Below are positions 35,475 to 45,460 of a stretch of DNA of 64,000 bases, piece by piece. Below the pieces are notes generated by a model that made no database searches, was not told the DNA's origin, and worked only from the letters and a program-made list of their open reading frames with translations. A program made the position numbers and the translations under genes. The stretch lies in assembly GCA_035574195.1 (NCBI GenBank), contig DATLZE010000109.1, forward strand, positions 19,238 to 83,237. The letters are read 5' to 3'. This DNA is from Burkholderiales bacterium. Lineage in GTDB: Bacteria; Pseudomonadota; Gammaproteobacteria; Burkholderiales; SG8-41. Positions within the stretch are counted from its first letter, which is position 1. The number at the start of each line of letters is the position of its first letter.

Positions 35475-37580
35475 CTACGCAGCGAGCGCCGGCTGCTGCG
35501 GCTTGCGGTGCAGGTGGACGGGCTTCACCTCGTAGCCACTGGGCAGCGCCTCGGTGAGATCGAGCTGGCGGTCGAAGCTCTGCGCGAAGCGCGCGACCTC
35601 CACCGTCCAGCGGTCGAGGTCGTGGAACAATTCGACGAGCGCGGGCTCGGTCCACTCCTCCGCCGGCCGTGCAAGCGCCTGCGCGAGCCGCCCGAGCTCG
35701 CGCCCGAGCGCCTCTGCCGGCAGCAGGCCGTCGAGCGCCTGCGCGAGCGCCTCGAGCCCCGGCTCGGCCTTGCCTCCGAGAAGCTGCACGAGCCCCTGCC
35801 CGACCAGGCGTCCCATGGTCTCCGCGCAGGCGAGCGCCTCGGCGTACTTGCGCTGGAACCGGAAGGCGTCGCGGTAGGCGCGTTCGTGCGCAGCCTCGAA
35901 GAAGGCGGAGCCGATTTTCACCTGGCTCGCACCCGCGCACTCCCCGCCGCCCAATTGCAGCACCCTGAAGTCGCCCTCGTCGCCGTGATCGCGGGCGAGC
36001 TGTGCCGCCTGCTCCGGCTTCACTTCCGTGAGATCGGCGAGAAGCGCGTTCAGGTGCTCGATGCCCTTGCGCCGCACCCAGGCGTAGAAGGTCTCGCCGC
36101 CCTCGCGCGTCTGGGCGTAGTCCTGCTTCACGCGTGCGATCGCCGTCTCGATGCGCGCCGAGGGAATGGAGGGCCCCTTGATCGCGAGCCCGCCGCCGCC
36201 CATGCCATTGCCGCCGAAATAAGTCTGGTAATGCGGGATGAGCTTGCCGTGCAGGCGCTTGCCTTCGCCGTAGATGCCGATATCGCCGGTCTCGGGCTGG
36301 GCGCAGCCGTTGTGGCAGCCGCTCACCCGGATGCGCAGATCCGCGCCGCCCCCGTCGAGCTTGGGCGCGACGATCGTGCTGGAGGTGATGCCGAGCCGGC
36401 ATGTCGAGGTGCCGGGGCAGGCGACCACGTTGTCGCCCGGCTGCGGAGCGCCGAGCCCGAGCGGCGCGAGCCAGGCATAGATCGCCGCCACGTCCTGCAC
36501 ACGCACGTTGGGCAGCATCAGGTTCTGATCCTGGGTGGTGCGCACCTCGCTGAGCCCGAAGTGAGTGAGCACTTGCGCCACGCCGCGCAATTGCGCTGCG
36601 TTGAGATTGCCGATCGGCACCGCGATCGGCACCACCGCCAGCCCCGGCTGCCTCTGGGTGAAGACCTGCCGCGGCGCACCTGCGCCGGGCACGGTGCCGC
36701 TGCCGCCCGCGGACCATTCCGCGCGCGGATAGTCCGCGCGGCCCGCGTGCGCGGCCCGGGTGCGCACGAGCTCCTCGCGATACTTCTCGATGAAGCCCTG
36801 CGGCCCGAAGCGGTCCACCAAGAACTTGATGCGCGATTTGGCGCGCTTGGTGCGGTCGGAATAGCGGTTGTGCAGCGCGACGACCGCCTCCATCACCGGG
36901 ATGAGATCCTGCTCCTCGATGAAGGGCTCGATCACGATCGCGTGGTGCGGCTTGTGGCCGAGCCCACCGCCCGCCATCACCCGGAAGCCGAAGCGCCCGC
37001 CCTCGTGCACGGCGACGAGGGCGAGGTCGTGCATCAGGCCCTGCGCGCAGTCGGCCTCGCACGCCGAAAAACTGATCTTGAACTTGCGCGGCAACTGCTG
37101 GTTCAGAGGATTGCGCAGGAAATGGCGCACCGCGCCGTCGAGATGGCGCGTCACGTCCACGTGCTGGCGTGGGCAGAGACCCGCGAGCGGGCAGGCGGTC
37201 ATGTTGCGGATGGTATTGCCGCACGCCTCGCGCGTGGTGAGCCCCGCGCGCGCGAGATCGCGCAGCACGGCTGGCGTGGATTCGAGCGGCACGTAGTGCA
37301 TCTGGATGTCCTGGCGCGTGGTGATGTGCACCACATCGTGGCGCGCGTAGGTCTCCAGCGCCTGCGCGATCGCCTCGAGCTGCGTGGCCGTCAGCCGCCC
37401 ACCGGGGATCTTGATGCGCACCATGTTGACCCCTTCCTGGCGCTGCCCGTAGATGCCCTGCTGCAGCCGGATCGCGGTGAAACGGTCGGCCTCGATTTCA
37501 CCCCGCAGATAGGCCTGGAGCGCCTCGTCATAGCGCTCGATCTCGGCGTGATCCACCAAGTTCTGAACCTGCGCGGTCAT
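35475..37580 (-). CDS. cysI: sirohaem-dependent sulfite (nitrite/sulfite) reductase haemoprotein with a C-terminal extension of about 150 aa
   Basis: 701 aa. Two NiR/SiR repeats, with sirohaem/Fe-S cysteines CPGTSTC and CHNGC. From about residue 555 ([18 protein letters not shown]...) there is an Ala/Leu-rich extension I cannot assign. Confidence 0.85.
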   Translation of the reverse strand: MTAQVQNLVDHAEIERYDEALQAYLRGEIEADRFTAIRLQQGIYGQRQEGVNMVRIKIPGGRLTATQLEAIAQALETYARHDVVHITTRQDIQMHYVPLESTPAVLRDLARAGLTTREACGNTIRNMTACPLAGLCPRQHVDVTRHLDGAVRHFLRNPLNQQLPRKFKISFSACEADCAQGLMHDLALVAVHEGGRFGFRVMAGGGLGHKPHHAIVIEPFIEEQDLIPVMEAVVALHNRYSDRTKRAKSRIKFLVDRFGPQGFIEKYREELVRTRAAHAGRADYPRAEWSAGGSGTVPGAGAPRQVFTQRQPGLAVVPIAVPIGNLNAAQLRGVAQVLTHFGLSEVRTTQDQNLMLPNVRVQDVAAIYAWLAPLGLGAPQPGDNVVACPGTSTCRLGITSSTIVAPKLDGGGADLRIRVSGCHNGCAQPETGDIGIYGEGKRLHGKLIPHYQTYFGGNGMGGGGLAIKGPSIPSARIETAIARVKQDYAQTREGGETFYAWVRRKGIEHLNALLADLTEVKPEQAAQLARDHGDEGDFRVLQLGGGECAGASQVKIGSAFFEAAHERAYRDAFRFQRKYAEALACAETMGRLVGQGLVQLLGGKAEPGLEALAQALDGLLPAEALGRELGRLAQALARPAEEWTEPALVELFHDLDRWTVEVARFAQSFDRQLDLTEALPSGYEVKPVHLHRKPQQPALAA

Positions 37581-37677
37581 GTCATCCCCCCAAATGGGTA
37601 GGCAGGCATGTTAACCACCTGTTCTTATATCTCAAACGAATATTATGCTATGATGTTATAACTAAATATAATTTGCC
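37581..37677. promoter_or_regulatory. AT-rich divergent cysI / cysB control region
   Basis: 97 bp, the most AT-rich stretch in the window (..TTCTTATATCTCAAACGAATATTATGCTATGATGTTATAACTAAATATAATTTGCC). Contains several TATAAT-like hexamers on both strands and is the expected location of CysB sites. Confidence 0.5.
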
Positions 37678-38619
37678 ATGAAGCTCCAGCAACTCCGTTA
37701 CTTGCACGAGGTTGCCCGGCGGGGGCTCAACCTTTCCGAGGCGGCGCAGGCGCTGCACACCTCCCAGCCCGGCATCAGCAAGCAGATCCGCCAGCTCGAG
37801 GACGAGCTCGGGGTGCAGATCCTGGTGCGCAACGGCAAGCGGGTGGTGGATGTCACCGAACCGGGACGGATCATCCTCGCCATCGCCGAGCGCATCCTGA
37901 AGGACGCCGAAAACCTCAAACAGGTCGCGCGCGAATACGGGAGCGAGGACGAGGGGGCGCTGGTGATCGCCACCACCCACACCCAGGCGCGCTACGCGCT
38001 GCCTCCGGTGGTTGCCCGCTTCACGCAGCGCCACCCGCGGGTGCGGCTCGCGCTGCGCCAGGGCAGCCCCCAGCACATCGCCGAGCTGGTGAAATCGGGC
38101 GAGGCCGACATCGCGATCGTCACCGAGGCGGTCGAGTTCTACCAGGGCCTGGTGCTGCTGCCCTGCTCCCAGTGGAACCGCTGCGTGATCACGCCCCTGA
38201 AGCACCCCCTGCTCAAGGAAAAGCAGCTCACGCTGGAGGCGATCGCGCGCTATCCGATCATCACCTACGACTTCGCCTTCACCGGAGATTCCCCCATCAA
38301 GCGCGCCTTCGACACGAAGGGGCTCGCGCCGAACGTGGTGCTCACCGCCATTGACGCCGATGTCATCAAGACCTATGTCGAGCTAGGGCTCGGCATCGGC
38401 ATCCTCGCCAAAATGGCGTTCGACCCCGCGCGCGACTTGGGCCTGAGACTGATCGACGCGAGCCATCTCTTCGAGCCCAGCCTGACGCGCATCGCCGTGC
38501 GCCCCCGCGTCTACCTGCGCGGCTACGTCTACGATTTCATCGAGTTGTTCGCGCCGCACCTCAAGCGCGCGGTGGTCGAGGCGACCTTGAAGGGCGAGGG
38601 CTCGTACTACGAATTGTGA
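37678..38619 (+). CDS. cysB: LysR-family regulator, CysB/Cbl-like
   Basis: 313 aa. MKLQQLRYL..LNLSEAAQALHTSQPGISKQIRQLE helix-turn-helix, TTHTQARYALP block. Divergent from the sulfite reductase operon. Confidence 0.85.
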   Translation: MKLQQLRYLHEVARRGLNLSEAAQALHTSQPGISKQIRQLEDELGVQILVRNGKRVVDVTEPGRIILAIAERILKDAENLKQVAREYGSEDEGALVIATTHTQARYALPPVVARFTQRHPRVRLALRQGSPQHIAELVKSGEADIAIVTEAVEFYQGLVLLPCSQWNRCVITPLKHPLLKEKQLTLEAIARYPIITYDFAFTGDSPIKRAFDTKGLAPNVVLTAIDADVIKTYVELGLGIGILAKMAFDPARDLGLRLIDASHLFEPSLTRIAVRPRVYLRGYVYDFIELFAPHLKRAVVEATLKGEGSYYEL

Positions 38620-38661
38620 GCGGGCAGGAACCCGCGCGGGAGAAACGGCCCGGCTCTGCGG

Positions 38662-39168
38662 TCACCGGCCGGCCGGCAGGAGCTCGGCGATGCGGTTCAC
38701 CACCAGCTCGTGGCCCCAATCGAGGTCGCCGACGAGCGTGTAGCGGATCTTTCCGTCGGCGCCGATCACGAAGCTCGCCGGCAGGATGCGCACCTGCCAG
38801 GCGCGCGCCGCCCGTTTTTCCTGATCGAGCAGGATGGTGAAATCGAGCTTCGTCTGGGCGAGGAATCTGCGCACCCGCTCCTCGGGCTCGTCGAGGTTCA
38901 CCGCGAGCACGGCGAAAGGCCTGCCCGCGAGCCTGTCCTTGAGCCGCTGGATCGAGGGCATCTCCTCGCGGCAGGGAGCGCACCACGTCGCCCAGAAGTT
39001 CACCAGCACCACCTTGCCGCGGTAATCCGCGAGGCGGTGGCGGCGCCCCTCCAGGTCGGCGAGCTCGAGGGCCGGAGCAGCCCCCCCGCTCCAGAGCTTG
39101 AGATCGGCCGCGCCTGCGGCGGCGAAGCCGTGCAGGCAGAACGCCGCCACTCCCAGTAAGCGAATCAT
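38662..39168 (-). CDS. TlpA/ResA-like periplasmic thiol:disulfide oxidoreductase
   Basis: 168 aa. Signal peptide and thioredoxin motif FWATWCAPCREE. Confidence 0.85.
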   Translation of the reverse strand: MIRLLGVAAFCLHGFAAAGAADLKLWSGGAAPALELADLEGRRHRLADYRGKVVLVNFWATWCAPCREEMPSIQRLKDRLAGRPFAVLAVNLDEPEERVRRFLAQTKLDFTILLDQEKRAARAWQVRILPASFVIGADGKIRYTLVGDLDWGHELVVNRIAELLPAGR

Positions 39169-39213
39169 CCAGGCATTCCTGCGGCGCGCCGCGAGGCGCG
39201 TCAGGGCGAAATG

Positions 39214-40305
39214 CTACGCGATTTTCAGCTCGCGCGCCTGGATCGTATAGCGAAAGGCATCGGGTTCGAGCGAATCGAGCCGCCCCTGTGCGGTCTCGCC
39301 GTTGGGATACATGAAGTACGGGATCTTCGGGCCACCCCGGGAGCCGGGGAGGCTCACGTCGTGCGCGTAATTGTACGCGAGCCAGTTCATCTCCCACGCG
39401 CCGAACAGCATCCGGCGCGCGCGCAGCACCCGCTCGTCGGTCAGCGCGAGATTGCCCGGGGGCTCCTCCAGCACCACCTTGCGCACGTCGGCCGGGTCCA
39501 CCGGGATCCAGCCGTGGCCGCGGGCGTAGAACTCGGCGCGGCAGTGCTGCGCCCTGCTCACGTCTTCGGTATTCGCGCCGAGGCTGCGGTAGCCGAGGCC
39601 CGAGGGTGCGACCCGGAGCCCGTAGACATCGCGCGCCGGAACGCCCGCCGCGCGCGCGAGCCCCACGAACAGGGTGTTGAGATCCCCGCACTTGCCACCG
39701 AAGTTGCGCGTCTCGAGCATCGCCTTGATGTCGCCCCAGCCGCAGCCGCGCACCTTGGGATCGCGGAAAGTGTTGTCCACCACCCACTCGTAGATCGCGC
39801 GCGCGCGCTCGATGTCGGTGCGCGCGCCCCGCGTGATCTCGCGCGCGGTATCGCGCACGATGCCGTCGGTCGGGATGAGCTCGGTCGGCTCGAGGTTGAG
39901 CCGCAGCACTTCCCGGTCCTCCGCAGGCGCGTTCCCGGGCTTCGACCAGTTAACTGCGCGGTCGCGCGTGGCGAAGCGGCTCACCAGGGTGAGCGTGGGA
40001 TTGGATACGGAATGCGGCCATTGCGCGTGCACGATACCCGCCCGGTACTTGGGTTCGGTGACGAGCTGCACGGTCGCGCCCGGAGCGCTCCAGCGGCTGC
40101 CGAGATCCTTCTGGTAGTCGGTGTCCTGGAGCAGCGGCACCGGGAGCCACACCTGGGTGAGGCCCGCGGGCCTGAGCACTTCCACCTTCGTCGTCACCTC
40201 GAACACGCGCCAGGGACGCGGCTCGGCCCCGGCCCGGTTCGGCTGCGCGAGCTGCGGGAGCGCACCGAGCGCAACGCCCGCCTTCAGGAAAGCCCTGCGA
40301 TCCAT
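39214..40305 (-). CDS. transglutaminase-like (Cys-His-Asp) protein with Tat signal
   Basis: ORF 39214..40326 trimmed to ATG 40305 (MDRRAFLKAGVALGA twin-arginine signal). GKCGDLNTLFVGLARAAGVPAR ... HCRAEFY ... GWIPVDPAD core. Confidence 0.8.
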   Translation of the reverse strand: MDRRAFLKAGVALGALPQLAQPNRAGAEPRPWRVFEVTTKVEVLRPAGLTQVWLPVPLLQDTDYQKDLGSRWSAPGATVQLVTEPKYRAGIVHAQWPHSVSNPTLTLVSRFATRDRAVNWSKPGNAPAEDREVLRLNLEPTELIPTDGIVRDTAREITRGARTDIERARAIYEWVVDNTFRDPKVRGCGWGDIKAMLETRNFGGKCGDLNTLFVGLARAAGVPARDVYGLRVAPSGLGYRSLGANTEDVSRAQHCRAEFYARGHGWIPVDPADVRKVVLEEPPGNLALTDERVLRARRMLFGAWEMNWLAYNYAHDVSLPGSRGGPKIPYFMYPNGETAQGRLDSLEPDAFRYTIQARELKIA

Positions 40306-40524
40306 CGCGCGTCCTCCTCGGAGCATTCGATCTTAGCCTAATCAAAGCGCGCCCTGGTGCCAAGCGTCCGCATAATCAATTGACTGCTTGATCACGCGAT
40401 ATGGCCCTAACCGAGCCACGGGCCATTGGCTGACGAGCTATTTATCGCGACCATCGACCCTCTCCACCCGGCAGAGGCACGAGGGTAAGGGATCGAGCGC
40501 CTTCAGGCATTATCACGACTCTCG

Positions 40525-42060
40525 TCAGGCGCTGCGCTGCGCGAAGTCGTGCAGCCGGAAGCCGAGCAGCCGCAACGCGAGAAAATAGACCGCGGCACCC
40601 AGCACGACCAAGCCGGCGAGGCGCGCCGCGCGCTCGCCCGCTCCCATCGCGAGCCAGCTCGCATCGCTTCCCGAGGCGAACCAGAGCACCGCGCCCATGA
40701 CGCAGAGCGCGGCGAACAATTTCGCGAGGAACGCCGGCCAGCCCGGCTGGGGCGCATAGATGCCGCGGCGGCGCAGCGCGCGCAGCAGCAGCGCCGCGTT
40801 CGCGCAGGCGCCGAGCCCGATCGCGAGCGCAAGCCCCGCGTGCCTGAGCGGCCAGACGAAGGCGAGGTTCATGAGCTGGGTCAGAGCGAGCGTCACGAGC
40901 GCGATCCTGACCGGCGTGCGGATGTCCTGGCGCGCGTAGAAGCCGGGCGCGAGCACCTTGACCATGATCAGCCCGATCAGCCCCGCGCTGTAGGCGATGA
41001 CCGCGCTGCGCGTAGCATGGACATCGGCGGCGGAAAATGCCCCGTAGTGGAAGAGCGTCGCGACGAGCGGAACGGCGAGCAGCGCCAGGGCCGCGGCGGC
41101 GGGGGCGGCAAGAAGCAGCGTCATCCGCAGCCCCCAGTCGAGCAGCTCCGAGTAGCGCTGCGCGGCCTCCTGCGCGTGGTGCCGGGCGAGGCTCGGCAAC
41201 AGGATGGTGCCGAGCGCCGCTCCCAGCATGCCGGCCGGAAATTCCATGAGGCGGTCGGCGTAATAGAGCCAGGAGACGCTGCCCGTCACGAGGAAGGAGG
41301 CGAAGATCACGTTGACGAGAAGGCTCACCTGGCTGATCGAGACTCCGAATACGGCCGGCCCCATCTGCCGCAAAACGCGCCATACGCCCTCGTTCCCGAG
41401 ATCGAGCCGCGGCCGCGGCAGCAGCCCGATGCGCGCGAGATGCGGGAGCTGGAAAGCGAGCTGCAGGACGCCGCCCGCGAACACCGCCCAGGCGAGCGCC
41501 GTGACCGGAGGGTCGAAGTAGGGCGCTCCCCACAGCGCGAAGCCGATGAACGAGAGGTTGAGCAGCGCGGGGGTCGCCGCCGGCACCGAGAAGCGGCCGT
41601 AGGTGTTGAGGATGCCCCCGGCGAGCGCGGTGAGCGAGATGAACAGGATGTAGGGAAAGGTGATCCTCAGCAGCTCGACCGTCAGCTCGAACTTGCCCGG
41701 CGCCGCGGTGAAGCCCGGGGCGCTCACGGCGACGATGACGGGCGCCGCGGCGATCCCGATCGCTGTCACCAGGGCCAGAGCGAGCGCGAGCGCGGCGGCG
41801 ACATGATCCACCAGCAGCCGCGTTTCGCGCTCGCCGCGGCGGCTCTTGTATTCGGCGAGGATCGGCACGAACGCCTGCGAGAAGGCGCCCTCGGCGAAGA
41901 GCCTGCGCAGCAGGTTCGGGATCTTGAAGGCGACGAAAAAAGCGTCGGTCGCGAGCCCCGCGCCGAAGACGCGGGCGATGACGAGATCCCGGATGAAGCC
42001 GAGCACGCGCGAGACGAGCGTCATCGCGCTCACCGTCGCGAGCGCTTTCAGCAGATTCAT
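40525..42060 (-). CDS. murJ: lipid II flippase MurJ
   Basis: 511 aa. [35 protein letters not shown]...[27 protein letters not shown], polytopic membrane protein. Confidence 0.93.
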   Translation of the reverse strand: MNLLKALATVSAMTLVSRVLGFIRDLVIARVFGAGLATDAFFVAFKIPNLLRRLFAEGAFSQAFVPILAEYKSRRGERETRLLVDHVAAALALALALVTAIGIAAAPVIVAVSAPGFTAAPGKFELTVELLRITFPYILFISLTALAGGILNTYGRFSVPAATPALLNLSFIGFALWGAPYFDPPVTALAWAVFAGGVLQLAFQLPHLARIGLLPRPRLDLGNEGVWRVLRQMGPAVFGVSISQVSLLVNVIFASFLVTGSVSWLYYADRLMEFPAGMLGAALGTILLPSLARHHAQEAAQRYSELLDWGLRMTLLLAAPAAAALALLAVPLVATLFHYGAFSAADVHATRSAVIAYSAGLIGLIMVKVLAPGFYARQDIRTPVRIALVTLALTQLMNLAFVWPLRHAGLALAIGLGACANAALLLRALRRRGIYAPQPGWPAFLAKLFAALCVMGAVLWFASGSDASWLAMGAGERAARLAGLVVLGAAVYFLALRLLGFRLHDFAQRSA

Positions 42061-42099
42061 CGCGCGCGGCCCCCGTGGCTCGGTGCCCGTGGGCCGGGC

Positions 42100-42243
42100 T
42101 CAGGGTTGCGCGTTCCGCGCTCCAAGTTTCGCGCTCGAGTTCGAGATCCAGGGCTCGAGGTTCGAGGCGATCCGCTGTCCGAGCCTTCGACCTTGAACGC
42201 CGAACACTCGACCCGCAACCTTGAACCTCGAACTTCGAACCTG
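42100..42243. repeat. heptamer-built imperfect palindrome (GAACCTN family), copy 1
   Basis: Right half is nine phased heptamers GAGCCTT CGACCTT GAACGCC GAACACT CGACCCG CAACCTT GAACCTC GAACTTC GAACCTG (42181-42243). The left half carries the reverse-complement units (GAGTTCG, AGGTTCG). CAGGGTTGCG (42101-42110) pairs with CGCAACCTTG (42214-42223). Homologous to 53899-54004. Confidence 0.7.
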
Positions 42244-42249
42244 TATCAT
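42221..42249 (+). promoter_or_regulatory. candidate sigma70 promoter of rpsT embedded in the heptamer array
   Basis: TTGAAC (42221-42226), 17 nt, TATCAT (42244-42249), 40 nt upstream of ATG 42289. Confidence 0.35.
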
Positions 42250-42288
42250 AGGGCCCTTTTCCGATTCAATTCCCAGAGTTCAGCGCAC

Positions 42289-42552
42289 ATGGCCAACATC
42301 GCATCAGCGAGAAAGCGTGCGCGCCAGGCGGAGAAGCGGCGCCGACACAACGCCGCGCTGCGTTCCAAGTTGCGCAGCGCCGTGAGAAGCGTGAGAAGGG
42401 CGATCGCGGCCGGAGACAAGGGTGCCGCGCGCGCCGTGTTCCAGCGCGCCAGCGCCGTGATCGACTCGATCGCCGACAAGAACATCATCCACAAAAATAC
42501 CGCGGCGCGCTACAAGAGCCGGCTCGCCGCGCAACTGAAGGCCATGCCCTGA
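42289..42552 (+). CDS. rpsT: 30S ribosomal protein S20
   Basis: Tail of ORF 40549..42552 from ATG 42289: [33 protein letters not shown]...[19 protein letters not shown], 87 aa. Confidence 0.93.
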   Translation: MANIASARKRARQAEKRRRHNAALRSKLRSAVRSVRRAIAAGDKGAARAVFQRASAVIDSIADKNIIHKNTAARYKSRLAAQLKAMP

Positions 42553-42739
42553 GGAGCCTCGCGACACCCTTGAGCGAACCCGCAGCGCCCTCGCTCCGGC
42601 TGACCCGATCCACGAAACCATCAGCAATCGCAAGCCAGCAACACCACCGCAGAATACCGGCAGGCCGACTGTCCCGTGCCTCACCGGCTCTCGACAGCGG
42701 CTGCCGTTCTCCAGTCGCGGCGCAGCGGGCCGCGGATTC

Positions 42740-43084
42740 CTAGGCGCTCGCCGGCACCCCGGCCGCGCCGGGCAGGGCTGGCGGCCACACGTCGTCCGGG
42801 CGCTTCTGCTTGCGGCCCGGCCTGAGCCTGAGCGCGTTGTCGCGCGCGAACCCCAGCAGGAACGCATAGGCCGCAGGATCGAGCTCCTCGAGCCGCCGGT
42901 CCACCACCACGCAGCGGATGCCGCCCGCGATGATCGGCTTCAGATACGGCGAATAGGAAAGATGCCGGTCCTCCCCGAACACCGACATCATGCCACACAG
43001 CCGCTCGGCCCAGTCGCTGGGGCGAAACGACTGGCCACTCTCGGTGACGCCCTGGATGACGATTTCCGGGGAGCCTTCGAACAT
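42740..43084 (-). CDS. DUF3579-family protein
   Basis: ORF 42740..43201 trimmed to ATG 43084 (MFEGSPEIVIQGVTESGQSFRPSDWAERLCG...). The FRPSDWAERL block is what I recall for DUF3579. 114 aa. Confidence 0.6.
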   Translation of the reverse strand: MFEGSPEIVIQGVTESGQSFRPSDWAERLCGMMSVFGEDRHLSYSPYLKPIIAGGIRCVVVDRRLEELDPAAYAFLLGFARDNALRLRPGRKQKRPDDVWPPALPGAAGVPASA

Positions 43085-43230
43085 GGTCCGGATGCGGCAA
43101 GAGGCAGGCGATGCGAATATTACTACAGTGCGCCCGGCGCTCCCATGAGGGCGCGGCGGGCTGCAGGCTGGCAGCGCGGAATTGGCTTGCGCGGCCGCCA
43201 CTTATCGGACAGAATTAGTACGATGTGAAA

Positions 43231-43264
43231 CACACGGCGGCGCTTGCCGCCGTGTGTGCTTTTT
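43231..43264 (+). terminator. intrinsic-terminator-like hairpin 15 nt upstream of argD
   Basis: CACACGGCGGC-GCTT-GCCGCCGTGTG (perfect 11-bp stem, tetraloop) followed by TGCTTTTTGG. There is no annotated plus-strand gene upstream. Confidence 0.55.
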
Positions 43265-43278
43265 GGAAGCCGGCCCGC

Positions 43279-44484
43279 ATGCCGCATGTGATGAACACCT
43301 ACGCGAGACTACCTGTCGCCTTCGAGCGCGGCGACGGTGTCTGGCTGTGGGACGCTCAGGGCAAGCGCTACCTCGATGCGCTCGCGGGAATCGCGGTGTG
43401 CGGGCTCGGCCACAGCCACCCCAGATTCGTCGCGGCTCTGCGCGAGCAAGCGGGCAGGCTGGTGCACACCTCCAACCTCTACGAAATCCCGCTGCAGGAG
43501 CGGCTCGCCGAGCGGCTCGCGGCGATCTCCGGCCTGGATGCCGTCTTCTTCTGCAATTCGGGGGCCGAGGCGAACGAAGCGGCGATCAAGCTCGCGCGGC
43601 TCCACGGCCGCGCGCGGAACATCGAGTCCCCAGCCGTCGTGGTGCTGGAAAGAGCCTTCCACGGGCGCACCATCGCGACCCTCACCGCGACCGGCAGCCG
43701 CAAAGTGCAGGCCGGTTTCGAGCCGCTGGTGGCGGGCTTCGTGCGGGTGCCCTTCGACGACCTCGCGGCAATAAGACGCGTCGCGGAGGCCAACCGCAGC
43801 GTGGTGGCGGTGCTGGTGGAACCGATCCAGGGCGAGGGCGGAATCAACATCTGCCACGAGGGCTATCTTGCGGGGCTACGCGAGATCTGCGACGCGCACG
43901 GCTGGCTGCTGATGCTCGACGAAGTGCAGAGCGGGATGGGGCGCACCGGCAAGTGGTTCGCCTACCAGCACTGGGGCGTGAGGCCCGACGTGGTCACGCT
44001 CGCCAAGGGACTCGGCAACGGCGTGCCGATCGGGGCGTGCCTCGCGGCGGGCGCGGCAGCGCAGCTGTTCAAGCCCGGCAGCCACGGCTCGACCTTCGGC
44101 GGCAACCCCCTCGCGTGCGCCGCGGCGCTGGCGACGCTCGCCGTCATCGAGGAGGAGCGGCTGATGGAGAACGCGCTGCGCCGGGGCGAGTTCATCCGCT
44201 CCGAACTCACCCGGCGGCTCGCCGGCGCGAAGGGCGTGAGGGAAATCCGCGGCATGGGGTTGATGATCGGCATCGAGCTCGAGCAGCCCTGCGGCGAGCT
44301 CGTGCAACAGGCGCTCGAACGAGGATTGCTGATCAACGTCACCGCGGACAACGTGATCCGGCTGCTGCCGCCGCTCACGCTGAGCGTGGAGGAGGCCGGG
44401 CTGCTGCTCGATACGCTCGTGCCGCTCGTTCTGGAATTCCTCGCCCGCGCGGGCGCGCCCCAGGCCGCCGCCCAGACGGCCTGA
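43279..44484 (+). CDS. argD: acetylornithine (succinyl-ornithine) aminotransferase
   Basis: ORF 43225..44484 (GTG) trimmed to ATG 43279 (MPHVMNTYARLPVAFERG). DEVQSGMGRTG and TLAKGLGNG (PLP Lys) blocks. Confidence 0.9.
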   Translation: MPHVMNTYARLPVAFERGDGVWLWDAQGKRYLDALAGIAVCGLGHSHPRFVAALREQAGRLVHTSNLYEIPLQERLAERLAAISGLDAVFFCNSGAEANEAAIKLARLHGRARNIESPAVVVLERAFHGRTIATLTATGSRKVQAGFEPLVAGFVRVPFDDLAAIRRVAEANRSVVAVLVEPIQGEGGINICHEGYLAGLREICDAHGWLLMLDEVQSGMGRTGKWFAYQHWGVRPDVVTLAKGLGNGVPIGACLAAGAAAQLFKPGSHGSTFGGNPLACAAALATLAVIEEERLMENALRRGEFIRSELTRRLAGAKGVREIRGMGLMIGIELEQPCGELVQQALERGLLINVTADNVIRLLPPLTLSVEEAGLLLDTLVPLVLEFLARAGAPQAAAQTA

Positions 44485-44509
44485 CGCCGCCGCGCGGCAG
44501 CGATCCGCC

Positions 44510-45451
44510 ATGCAGGTCAGGCACTATCTGCAGTTCAGGGATTTCTCCCGCGAGGAGTACGAGTACCTGTTCGAGCGCACGCGCTGGATCAAGGACATGT
44601 TCAAGCGCTACGTGCCGTACCAGCCGCTGCGCGACCGCACGCTCGCCATGGTGTTCGAAAAGCACTCCACCCGCACCCGCGTCTCTTTCGAGGCCGGCAT
44701 GCACCAGATGGGCGGCACCGTGATCACGCTCATGACACGCGACACCCAGATGGGGCGCGGCGAGCCGATCGAGGATGTCGCGCGCGTCATCACCCGCATG
44801 GTGGACATCGTCATGATCCGCACCTTCGAGCAGGCGATCATCGAGCGCTTCGCCGAGCACTCGCGGGTGCCGGTGGTGAACGGCCTCACCAACGAATACC
44901 ATCCGTGCCAGATCCTGGGCGACATCTACACCTACCTCGAGCACCGCGGCTCGATCCGCGGCAAGACCGTCGCCTGGATCGGGGACTCGAACAACGTCTG
45001 CAACACCTGGCTGCAGGCGGCCGAGGTGTTCGACTTCAACGTGCATGTCTCCACGCCCCCCGGCTACGAGGTCGAGCCCGAGCGCGCCGGTCTCTACGGC
45101 ACCGGCCACTACGAGGAGTTCGCCGATCCGATGGAGGCGGCGAAGGGCGCCGATCTCATCGTGACCGATGTCTGGACCAGCATGGGCGACGAGGCCGAGG
45201 ACGCCGAGCGCAAGCGCGACTTCGAGGACTGGCAGGTGGACGCGGAAATGATGCGCGTGGCGCGCCCCGACGCGCTGTTCATGCACTGCCTGCCGGCACA
45301 CCGCGGCGAGGAGGTCACCGCCGAGGTAATTGACGGCCCGCAGAGCGTGGTGTGGGACGAGGCCGAGAACCGGCTGCATACGCAGAAGGCGCTGCTCGAA
45401 TACCTGTTGCTCGGCCGCATCAAGACCCAGGGCGACCTGTGGTCTACCTGA
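44510..45451 (+). CDS. argF: ornithine carbamoyltransferase
   Basis: 313 aa. HSTRTR, HPCQ and [10 protein letters not shown] motifs. Confidence 0.93.
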   Translation: MQVRHYLQFRDFSREEYEYLFERTRWIKDMFKRYVPYQPLRDRTLAMVFEKHSTRTRVSFEAGMHQMGGTVITLMTRDTQMGRGEPIEDVARVITRMVDIVMIRTFEQAIIERFAEHSRVPVVNGLTNEYHPCQILGDIYTYLEHRGSIRGKTVAWIGDSNNVCNTWLQAAEVFDFNVHVSTPPGYEVEPERAGLYGTGHYEEFADPMEAAKGADLIVTDVWTSMGDEAEDAERKRDFEDWQVDAEMMRVARPDALFMHCLPAHRGEEVTAEVIDGPQSVVWDEAENRLHTQKALLEYLLLGRIKTQGDLWST

Positions 45452-45460
45452 AACCCTCGA

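Noticed and set aside
42181-42243. Heptamer arrays (also 53928-54004 and 8315-8370) were considered as CRISPR-like or as coding low-complexity peptide repeats (for example NLEPRTSNL in one frame).
   Set aside because: Units are 7 nt with no spacers, far from CRISPR geometry. The frames containing them lack starts or are interrupted, and the arrays sit between well-defined genes. They are kept as non-coding repeats.
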